Shown one piece after another: positions 52,710 through 61,134 of a stretch of DNA of 64,000 bases (its first letter is position 1; each line of letters starts with the position of its first letter). The stretch is taken from NCBI GenBank assembly GCA_963771355.1, contig CAVYTA010000006.1:1568001-1632000 (forward strand). The letters are read 5' to 3'. The notes under the pieces are model-generated. The model ran no database searches. It saw only the letters and a program-made list of their open reading frames with translations, and was not told the DNA's origin. The DNA is from an uncultured Candidatus Rokubacteria bacterium (GTDB lineage: Bacteria; Methylomirabilota; Methylomirabilia; Rokubacteriales; CSP1-6). The position numbers were made by a program, and so were the translations under genes.

Positions 52710-55199
52710 GTGGTTCTGAGTACCCGACTCCTTGGAGTCATCGTACTCTCATCCGCACTTGCGAGTCTTGGTCTGCTTGTCTTCCTCAACAATACACGCG
52801 CACAAGTTAACCGCCACTTCGCTCTCTCCGTCCTCAGTATTGTTGGCTGGATCGTAAGCATCACCATTGCACTGTCCCTGGAAGATCTGCATAAGGCAGT
52901 GGCTTTTGGGCGGTTAGCTTTTGCATTCGCGGGCAGCATTCCCTTCACACTCCTCCTAGTCATCCATGCTTTTCCAGTCCCCCAAGTAGTGTCTGCTAGG
53001 CGAACGCTCATTATTCCCGGTCTGCTTTGTGCTGCTTTTACCTTGATCTCACTGACGCCACTGGTGGTCGTCGGAGCGCAGCGAACCGCCCAGAAGACAA
53101 ATTTTATTTACGGTCCTCTGCACCCTCTCTTTTCGTTTTATGCCGCAGCGAGTCTCGGCTTTGCGCTATACCTGCTCTGGCGCAAACTACGAATGGCCTC
53201 CGGCCTTCGAAAACTCCAGCTGCGCTATTTGCTGCTCGGCATACTCCTTGGCGGTGCTGGGGCAATCACGACAAATGTTGTGATCCCCCTCGTATGGAAG
53301 ACGTCACAGTACAGCGTCCTCGGCCCATACTTCACCTTGCTACTGGTCTCATTCTCTGCCCACGCAATCATTCGTCATCGTCTGATGGACATTCGTCTCG
53401 TGGTCCGGCGGGGCTCCGTCTACCTGATGGCTGTTGCAGGTGCCGGAGCCGTTTTTATTGCACTCATCGGCACCATCGCCGCCCTTACCGCCACCAGAAC
53501 CCAAGATGTTCCGATTGCAATTCAGGTCGCACTAGCACTAGGGCTGGCCCTCGCCTTTCAGCCACTCAAGCAATGGATTCAGAATGGCTTCGATCGCTAC
53601 CTCTACCGAGAGTCGTACGACTATCGAACCATCATCCGTGAAGCGAGCCGTACAATTGCCTCTCTTCTCGATTTGAAGTCGCTCGTGGACTATCTCTCCG
53701 ATACAGTAAGCGACTCTCTCAGGCCGGACTATGTAGCCGTGTTCGTTCGAGAGCCCTCGCAGAGCTCATTCTCTCTGGTGGCATTCAAGACCACTCTGGA
53801 TCTCGAGCGCCCGGCTCTTCCAGCTTCGCTCGCTATGGCATCTGCGCTCCCTTTCTTTCTCGAAAGACATCGTCGCGGGCTCCTTCGTGATGATCTTGGA
53901 ACCGCCGTGGTCGGGCATGACGCTGAAACCGCGATCGAACATCTCAACAAGGTTGGCGCCGAACTGGCGATCCCCTTCATGTCAGAAAGAACCCTACTAG
54001 GGCTCCTTCTTATGGGACCCAAGCTTTCTGGCGACGCCTATTTTTCTGACGATCTCGAACTGCTCTCCACGCTCTCGAATCAGGCTGCTATCGCGATGCA
54101 GAATGCACAGCTTTATCGCCAGGTGCTTCTCGCCAACGAATACATCGAGAACATTCTGGGCACGATGGAAAACGGCGTCGTAGCAATTGACTCACATCGC
54201 GCAATTACATTGTGCAATAAGGCCGCTGAGCGGATGACTGGGATTGCAGCCGCATCACTGCGAAACCAGGGTGGCAGACAGCTTCCGGACGCGCTTTGGA
54301 GTCCTCTTGAAGCAACACTGAGTGACGGCCATGCGCGGACGCAACTGGAATCTGCTCTCATTGACGATGCTGGACGCGCAGTTCCGGTGGTCTGCGCCAC
54401 TTCTCCACTTAGAGATAAGCTCGGAACAATTCTCGGGGCCGTGATCGTATTCAGTGATCTCAGCAGACTAAAAGACCTGGAACGGGAAAAGCGCCGCGGA
54501 GAACGACTGGCCGCGTTCGGAGCATTGGCCTCAGGTATAGCGCACGAAATCAAGAATCCGCTCGTAGCGATCCGTACTTTTGCGGAACTTCTGCCGGAAC
54601 GATTTACTGACGAAGAGTTCCGACAAGACTTCTCCGTCATAGTTTTGAAGGAGATCGAGCGGATTGACCAGCTAGTTGGAAGGCTCAGGGGGCTGGCCGT
54701 CCCGTCTCATACCGCATTCCGAAGCGTGGATACTATCGAGCCACTTGAGGAGACGCTGGCGCTTCTGCGAGCCCAGTTCCTTCAGAAGCGAATCAATCTG
54801 ACGCGTGCATACACGGCATCCAATACTCGAATCTCAGGAGATTCAGATCAGTTGAAACAACTCTTTCTCAATATCCTTATCAATGCTGTCGAGGCGATGG
54901 AGCATGATGGGCAGTTGACTATTCGCCTAGCGGACCTAGCGACGCACGATGGCCAGAGTTTGCTCATCGAGGTGTCTGATTCAGGTCCCGGAATCCCCGA
55001 AAACATAATTGGAAAAATCTTCGAACCCTTCGTGACGACGAAGCCCAAAGGATCCGGGCTTGGTTTGGCAATTTGCCGGGGCATTACTGACGCACACAAG
55101 GGAACTATTCGCGCGACAAACGTCGATCTTGGAAACGGGACTACTATCTTGATTGAGTTCCCTGTCGCAACCGACCTACAGCCTGCCACTGTCCAGTAG
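52710..55199 (+). CDS. membrane HisKA_7TM-like-GAF-PAS sensor histidine kinase (copy 1)
   Basis: Multi-TM N-terminus, AHAIIRHRLMDI, GPKLSGDAY GAF, AHEIKNPL, NILINA, DSGPGI, GSGLGL. Confidence 0.88.
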   Translation: MVLSTRLLGVIVLSSALASLGLLVFLNNTRAQVNRHFALSVLSIVGWIVSITIALSLEDLHKAVAFGRLAFAFAGSIPFTLLLVIHAFPVPQVVSARRTLIIPGLLCAAFTLISLTPLVVVGAQRTAQKTNFIYGPLHPLFSFYAAASLGFALYLLWRKLRMASGLRKLQLRYLLLGILLGGAGAITTNVVIPLVWKTSQYSVLGPYFTLLLVSFSAHAIIRHRLMDIRLVVRRGSVYLMAVAGAGAVFIALIGTIAALTATRTQDVPIAIQVALALGLALAFQPLKQWIQNGFDRYLYRESYDYRTIIREASRTIASLLDLKSLVDYLSDTVSDSLRPDYVAVFVREPSQSSFSLVAFKTTLDLERPALPASLAMASALPFFLERHRRGLLRDDLGTAVVGHDAETAIEHLNKVGAELAIPFMSERTLLGLLLMGPKLSGDAYFSDDLELLSTLSNQAAIAMQNAQLYRQVLLANEYIENILGTMENGVVAIDSHRAITLCNKAAERMTGIAAASLRNQGGRQLPDALWSPLEATLSDGHARTQLESALIDDAGRAVPVVCATSPLRDKLGTILGAVIVFSDLSRLKDLEREKRRGERLAAFGALASGIAHEIKNPLVAIRTFAELLPERFTDEEFRQDFSVIVLKEIERIDQLVGRLRGLAVPSHTAFRSVDTIEPLEETLALLRAQFLQKRINLTRAYTASNTRISGDSDQLKQLFLNILINAVEAMEHDGQLTIRLADLATHDGQSLLIEVSDSGPGIPENIIGKIFEPFVTTKPKGSGLGLAICRGITDAHKGTIRATNVDLGNGTTILIEFPVATDLQPATVQ

Positions 55200-55362
55200 A
55201 TCGACTACTACTTCCGACGTCCTCGGCTTTTCGCCTTTGCTCTAGTACTGCGCTTGAGTCAATATCGACGTCCAGTGTATGAAAATGTCCACGTCTTGTA
55301 GCAAGTCTCGTGTTGGTTAACGTTGATAGGCGTTAGAAGACTGAATCGGGCTGAGCGAGGCC

Positions 55363-57822
55363 ATGCAAATTAGCTCAAGTGCCATACCGCTTCTCGCCAC
55401 TGCATTACTGAATCTGGCAATCGCAATCTACGTTTACGGGCGGAATCCTCGGAGCACCCCCCACCTAGCCCTATCCGCAATGGCGTTCCTAGGCGGCATG
55501 TGGGCTGCCGGCGTCGCGTTCGGCAGTTACTCGAGTCCCGTCTCGCTTGCGTCTGTACGTTTCACTTTGGCAGTGGCGAGCCTTGCTCCTCTTGCATCTC
55601 TCGTTCTCGCAGAAACTTTCCCTGCAGGAGGCGGTCTCAGAGCGAGCCTCCCTTTGCGGCTGTATGCCCCGCCGTCACTGCTGTTCTTCGTACTGGCCTT
55701 TTCTTCTCTCCTTGTGATTTCAGTGCAAGAAGGTCAGTCCGGCGTCAGGATTGAATATGGACTACTTCATCCGGCCTATGGAGTTTATATCCTCTCGGGT
55801 TTTGGTAGCGCAATCTGGATTCTAACCAAGAAGCATCGAAAAGCGTCCGGAGCACTGCGACTTCAGAGCAAGTACCTTTTGATTGCACTGTCGATCCCTA
55901 TAATTTTGGGAACCGTGACGAACCTACTTGTTCCGTTAGTCTTTGGAACGTCGGCGCTAAGCAAATACGGTCCCTTCTTTTCTCTCGTCATGATCATACT
56001 GATCGCCCACGCCATCATCCGCCACCGCTTGATGGACATTCGCGTCAAGGTGCGGCGTGGTGCGGTATATCTCGCCGCGGTGCTGGTGGCGGGCCTCGTC
56101 CTCCTGTGCCTCCTCATGGCATCCAACGCGTTCTTCCACGATTCAAACCGGGCGCCGGTGCGCGAGATTCTTCTCGCGCTGCTGGTGGCGGTGCTCTTTG
56201 CGCCCCTGAAGGGGCAGATCCAGCGCGCATTCGATCGCTATCTGTACCGCGAGCCCTACGACTATCAGCGGACGATCCGGGAGACGAGCCGCGCGCTGAG
56301 CGCCACCATCGACCTACCCGCGCTGCTAGGCCACTTCGCGCGCACCGTCGGGGCCACGCTCAGACCTGAGGGGCTCGCTATCTACCTCCTCGACGTGGAG
56401 GAGGACCGCTTCGAGCGCGCGCACCTGCACGGACACGGCACGTTCCCCAAGCATGCGCCGCGCACGGTGTCGCTCCTGGTGACGCTCGATCGGGAGCGTT
56501 GCCTGCTCTTTCGTGACGAGGTCGGCCGACAGTCAGACGGTGGCGATGCCGTGACGACGCTGGGAGAGTTCGATCATCTGGGGACGGAGGTGCTCGTGCC
56601 CCTCATTGCGGACGATCACGTCATCGGATTTCTCGCCGTCGGGCCCAAGCGCTCAGGCGACCCCTTCTTCAGCGACGACGCCGATCTGCTCGCCACGCTG
56701 GCCAACCAGTCCGCGGTGGCGGTGCGCAATGCCCAGATTCACCAGCAGGTTGTCCAGGTCAACGAGCACATTCAGCGCATCCTGGCCACGATCGAGAGCG
56801 GCGTCGCCGCGGTCGGGGCCAAGGGCCGGATCACGCTCTTCAATCGAGCCGCCGAGACCTTGGCCGGAATCTCTGCCGAGGAACTGCAAGGGAAGCCGGT
56901 CGCGCACTTGCCAGGTCCGCTGGCACGGCTGCTCGAGGCGGCGGCCGGCGGCGGCTCCAGCTCCCAGGTCGAGATTAGCCTCCCCGACGCGTCCGGGCAG
57001 ATGGTCCCCTTGATGTGCTCCACCTCGCCCCTCGTCGGCCCGCGCGGTATCCCCCTGGGGGCGGTGGCCGTTTTCAGCGACCTCTCGCGACTGAAAGAGC
57101 TGGAGCAGGAGAAGCGTCGGGCCGAGCGCCTGGCCTCGCTGGAGGCCATTGCCTCGGGCATGGTGCATGAGATCCGGAACCCCCTCGTGTCCCTCAAGGC
57201 CTTTACCCAGCTCCTGCCGACCCGGTTCGACGACCCCGAATTCCGGGCTAGGCTGGTCCGCATGGCCGACCGGCAGATCTCACGCATCGACGAGCTCCTG
57301 GGACGCTTCCGCACCCTGGCTTCGGCTCCGGCCCAACCGATGGGGCTGGTCGATCTCCTTGACCCGTTACGGTCTGCGTTGGAGTTACTGCTGCCCGAGC
57401 GGGAGGCGCGAGGAGTGCAGTTGCGACGGGTGGGAATTGAATCCGTGCCCAAGATCGTGGGGAATGATTCTCTATTGGAACAGCTTTTCCATAACTTATG
57501 CCTCAATGCCATCGAAGCCATGACCGCCGGGGGAGAGCTTACGGTGCGGGTTGCTGACCTGTGCGAAGCGGGCGGGAGCACCCTGCTTGTGGAGATCTCG
57601 GACACCGGATGTGGCATCCCCGACCACCTCCTCGACAATATCTTCAATCCGTTCGTCACCACCAAGTCGAGAGGTTCAGGCCTCGGGCTGGCCATCTGCA
57701 GCAGCGTCGCCGACGCACATCGGGCAATCCTGAGCGCTCGCAACCACACCGGCCGACCCGGCTGCACGTTCGCCATCGAATTTCCCGTCCCCGACAGGCG
57801 CCCCCCCAAACTTCACATCTGA
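55363..57822 (+). CDS. membrane HisKA_7TM-like-GAF-PAS sensor histidine kinase (copy 2)
   Basis: Same architecture: AHAIIRHRLMDI, GPKRSGDPF, VHEIRNPL, DTGCGI, GSGLGL. Confidence 0.88.
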   Translation: MQISSSAIPLLATALLNLAIAIYVYGRNPRSTPHLALSAMAFLGGMWAAGVAFGSYSSPVSLASVRFTLAVASLAPLASLVLAETFPAGGGLRASLPLRLYAPPSLLFFVLAFSSLLVISVQEGQSGVRIEYGLLHPAYGVYILSGFGSAIWILTKKHRKASGALRLQSKYLLIALSIPIILGTVTNLLVPLVFGTSALSKYGPFFSLVMIILIAHAIIRHRLMDIRVKVRRGAVYLAAVLVAGLVLLCLLMASNAFFHDSNRAPVREILLALLVAVLFAPLKGQIQRAFDRYLYREPYDYQRTIRETSRALSATIDLPALLGHFARTVGATLRPEGLAIYLLDVEEDRFERAHLHGHGTFPKHAPRTVSLLVTLDRERCLLFRDEVGRQSDGGDAVTTLGEFDHLGTEVLVPLIADDHVIGFLAVGPKRSGDPFFSDDADLLATLANQSAVAVRNAQIHQQVVQVNEHIQRILATIESGVAAVGAKGRITLFNRAAETLAGISAEELQGKPVAHLPGPLARLLEAAAGGGSSSQVEISLPDASGQMVPLMCSTSPLVGPRGIPLGAVAVFSDLSRLKELEQEKRRAERLASLEAIASGMVHEIRNPLVSLKAFTQLLPTRFDDPEFRARLVRMADRQISRIDELLGRFRTLASAPAQPMGLVDLLDPLRSALELLLPEREARGVQLRRVGIESVPKIVGNDSLLEQLFHNLCLNAIEAMTAGGELTVRVADLCEAGGSTLLVEISDTGCGIPDHLLDNIFNPFVTTKSRGSGLGLAICSSVADAHRAILSARNHTGRPGCTFAIEFPVPDRRPPKLHI

Positions 57823-57913
57823 AAACGGCCTTGGTCGTCTCGGCCGACGAGGTCCTGCGAAGTCGTCTCCGTCGCAGTCTGGATGGCCGTGCGGTGTTCC
57901 CGGTCGGCTCGGA
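57087..57913 (+). repeat. diverged direct repeat, copy A (kinase 3' end + start of the 59080 gene)
   Basis: Aligns by eye with 58509-59174, e.g. aatgattc.ctattggaacagcttttcca.aacttatgc and ggccgtgcggtgttc.cggtcggctc. Confidence 0.85.
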
Positions 57914-58224
57914 TCAACACGGAGTTTCCGTCTACGGTCCCTTGACCCAGCGCGAGGGTCGTGGTCCGGATGGGGGTGCACTTTGCCCCCGCAGTGCCCG
58001 CCCCACAGTGCATCGGGTGTAAGTGCCCGCGGCATGGAGCGTTCGCTTCACCGGATTCGCTTCCCAGGGGGCCGCTGCCCCGTCGGCGGTGCAGCGGCCT
58101 CCTGGCGGCGGCCAGCGATGCGGCTACATTTTCATGGTTCCCACACACTTGGGCGGAGGGCGCCCGCGGCATGTGCCTGGCGCGAATCCTGCCTACTCAG
58201 ACCGACCGGCGGAATACTGTCCCC

Positions 58225-58500
58225 ATGAAAACTCCGCTCGACCTCGCTAGCCTAAAAAGCCCATATCGGTCGACGCGTTGTCTCCGCCGATGTCGTCCGC
58301 GCCGCGCCGGCGAGCCTCCTGCGCCTGACCTTCGGGCGGTCCGGGCCCGAGCTCGCGCCGGGGGCGACGTGCTGCCACCGGGCTGGCACACCCTCTACTT
58401 CCCTCTACCGCGCTGCCGCCCAGCGCGCTCCATTCTGATGGCAGTCCGCGTGATGCGAGAGTGGTCCCGCCCATGCCCCTGCCGCGGCACATGTTCACCA
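58225..58500 (+). pseudogene. frameshifted N-terminal fragment of a MaoC/HTD2-like (mesaconyl-C4-CoA hydratase-type) gene
   Basis: Stitched frames give MKTPLDL...HIGRR...GDVLPPGWHTLYF...DGSP...PPMPLPRHMF. Confidence 0.6.
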
Positions 58501-58508
58501 GCGAGCGA

Positions 58509-59060
58509 GCGACTGAGGGAGCTGGAGCCGGAGAAACGTCGGGTCGAACGTCTGGCCTCGTTGGGACGCTTCCGCACCTTGACCCCGGCTCCGGCCCAAC
58601 GGATGGGGCTGGTCGATCGCCTTGACCCCCTCCAGTCGACGTTGGGCTTACTGCTACCAGAGCCGGAGTTATGCTGCGTGCCGTTACGCCGTATCGGGAT
58701 CGGGGCCGTGCTCGAGATGGTGGGTAATGATTCACTATTGGAACAGCTTTTCCACAACTTATGCTTAAATGCCATAGAGCCATGACCGCCGGAGTAGAAC
58801 TCACGGTGCGGGTTGCCAATCGGTGCGAGACAGGCGGGAGCACCCTGCTCGTGCAGATCTCGGACACCGGACGTGGCATCCCCGACGGCGTCCTCGATAA
58901 CCTCTTCAATCCCTTCGTGACGACCAAGCCGAGAGGGTCGAGCTTCGGCCTTGCCATCTCCAGAAGCGTCGCTGACGCGCATCGGGCCACCCTGAATGCC
59001 CGAAACCACGTCGGCCGACCCGGCTGCCCATCGCAATCGAATTTCCCGTGACTGATAGGC
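58509..59060 (+). pseudogene. decayed copy of the kinase C-terminus (start of repeat copy B, which extends to ~59174)
   Basis: H-box region deleted (joins ERLASL to GRFRTL); 1-nt frameshift at gccatagagccatg; GSGLGL changed to GSSFGL. Confidence 0.8.
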
Positions 59061-59079
59061 GCTCTTCCAAAATTCACGT

Positions 59080-61134
59080 ATGAGAACGGCCCTGGTGGTC
59101 TCGGCAGACGAGGCCTTGCGAGCTCGTCTCCGCCATAGTCTCGACGGCCGTGCGGTGTTCGCGGTCGGCTCCGACGAGGAGGCCCTGCGGACGCTCCGGT
59201 TCACCGCCGTGGACCTGATCGTCAAGGAGGCGACACCCACCCGCGAAGTCCCCGTCTTCATTGAGCGGGCCCGGCAGATTTGCCCCACGGCGGTGGTGGT
59301 CTGTGTGCTTACTGCCGACTCGGCGCCCGAAGACGATCCCGCTGTCGAACAGGCCGACTTCGTCCTCCTCCACCCCTTCTCGGCCAGCCACTTCCAGAGC
59401 GTGCTTCGCCAGGCCGAGGAGAAGCTCCGGCTGCTCCAGGAGGTTTCGGCGCTGCGCTCAACGTCGCGACGGCTGCCCGAGGCGCCCACTGGCCCTGTTC
59501 CCGGGGACTCCGGGCCCGCGCTGGACCTGCCGTCCGACGTGCTGACGCGGATGGTGAAGGAGTTTGCCAAGGCCCTGTCGGCGGGGTTCGACATCTCGCG
59601 CGTGCTCGATCTCTTTCTCGACGCAGTGGCCGAGCTGGCGCGGCCCACGCGCAGCGCTATCCTGGTGGCGGACCAGGTCGGCCGACTATACCGGATCACG
59701 GCCTTCCGGGGCCTGGCGCCCCACGTGGTCGAGTCGGTGGTCCTGTCAGCCGACGCGGGCCTGCCCCTCTGGCTCGCCGGGGAAGGTCGCCTCATCCACA
59801 TCGAGGAAGCGCAGGCGCGCGCCTCGGACCCCACCGCGCGCGAGATCGCGCGCGAGATGGCGGTGCTCCAGGCGACGATCGCGATGCCGCTGATGTCCCA
59901 CGGCGAGCTGGTCGCGGTGCTCACCCTTGGCCAGCGGGTGACCGGCGGCGGCTACAGCCGGCGCGAGACCGAGATCATCTACAACCTGGCCAGCCACCTC
60001 GCCACCGCGATCCGGGACATCCGAGTTCACCACCTCCTCGAGTACCAGAAGCAGTTCACCGAGCGGATCCTCGCGCACATGTCCAACGGCGTCATCACCA
60101 TCGGGCCGGACGAGCGCGTGGTGATCATCAACCGTCGGGCGGAGGAGATCCTCGGGATGGCGGCCCGCGACGCGCTCAATCGGGACCTGCGTGTCCTTCC
60201 CTCGCCGCTGGGCGATCTGCTCTTCGAGACGCTCACGCGCGGCCGCGCCGTTCATCGCGAGGAGGTGCAGCTCGCCCTGCGCAGCCTGCCCCTCGAGGTG
60301 TCCACCTACCCGGTGATGGGCGACAGCGCCACCACCCTGGGAGCGGTGCTGGTCTTCGAGGACCTCACCGCCCAGCGCCAGGCCTCCCGCGAGCGCCGCG
60401 AGGCGGAGCAGCTCGAGCTGCTCACCCGCGTGGTGGCGCGGATCGCGGATGAGATCAAGAACCCGCTCGTCTCTATCCGCACCTTCATGGAGCTCCTCGA
60501 GGAGCGCTACGACGACGCGGGTTTCCGCAGCCATTTCGCCTCCGTGGTGGGACGCGACGTGCGGCGACTCGTGCAGATGTTCGAGAAGCTGGCGGCCCTG
60601 GTAAACGAGGGTGACTACAAGCTGGAAGTGCTGGACGTGCGGCTCGCGGTCGAGGAGTGCCTGCTGGAGCTGGGCGCCCAGCCCGTGCCCGCGGCGGGGG
60701 CGGAGGCGCGGCTCCTCACCTTCATCGACGAATCCACGCAGAAGCACGTCTCCGCCACCTATTCCTTCGAGGGCCGGACCTTCCTGGTACGGGGCGATCG
60801 CGCCATGCTCAAGAAGGCGATCGCCTACCTCGTCTGGTATCTCCTGCGCAAGACGTCCGGCCAGGACGCCAAGCTCTCCGTCTCCGTATCCCGTCTCGAC
60901 AAGGAGGACCGTGTGCGGATCATCGTCGCCTCGCGCACCGCCGATGTCCGGGCGGACGAGCTGCACCGCATCTTCGATCCCATCCAGGTCGTCCAGGAGA
61001 ACCTCATCGACGTGGGGCCCTGCGTGAGCCAGCGCATCATCGAGGCGCAGGGCGGACGGCTGGAAGCCAAGCAGGGACGCGCCGAGGTGGCCTTCACCGC
61101 GGTGCTGCCGGGCGTCCCCGGGAGCATGGCATGA
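59080..61134 (+). CDS. pseudo-receiver-GAF-PAS pseudo-histidine kinase
   Basis: ADEIKNPL in place of AHEIKNPL; N, G1 and G2 boxes degenerate; intact 684-aa ORF. Confidence 0.8.
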   Translation: MRTALVVSADEALRARLRHSLDGRAVFAVGSDEEALRTLRFTAVDLIVKEATPTREVPVFIERARQICPTAVVVCVLTADSAPEDDPAVEQADFVLLHPFSASHFQSVLRQAEEKLRLLQEVSALRSTSRRLPEAPTGPVPGDSGPALDLPSDVLTRMVKEFAKALSAGFDISRVLDLFLDAVAELARPTRSAILVADQVGRLYRITAFRGLAPHVVESVVLSADAGLPLWLAGEGRLIHIEEAQARASDPTAREIAREMAVLQATIAMPLMSHGELVAVLTLGQRVTGGGYSRRETEIIYNLASHLATAIRDIRVHHLLEYQKQFTERILAHMSNGVITIGPDERVVIINRRAEEILGMAARDALNRDLRVLPSPLGDLLFETLTRGRAVHREEVQLALRSLPLEVSTYPVMGDSATTLGAVLVFEDLTAQRQASRERREAEQLELLTRVVARIADEIKNPLVSIRTFMELLEERYDDAGFRSHFASVVGRDVRRLVQMFEKLAALVNEGDYKLEVLDVRLAVEECLLELGAQPVPAAGAEARLLTFIDESTQKHVSATYSFEGRTFLVRGDRAMLKKAIAYLVWYLLRKTSGQDAKLSVSVSRLDKEDRVRIIVASRTADVRADELHRIFDPIQVVQENLIDVGPCVSQRIIEAQGGRLEAKQGRAEVAFTAVLPGVPGSMA

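Noticed and set aside
55279..55320. 13-codon ORF MKMSTSCSKSRVG between the two receptor genes, as a possible peptide signal
   Set aside because: No RBS, too short for a recognisable precursor, and no processing or export gene nearby.
57961..58785. 274-aa ORF that looks like a novel gene
   Set aside because: It is a chimera of non-coding filler, one frame of the hydratase relic and the decayed kinase copy.
51340..59174. Prophage, ICE or IS as the cause of the low-GC region
   Set aside because: No integrase, transposase, tRNA target or terminal repeats seen.
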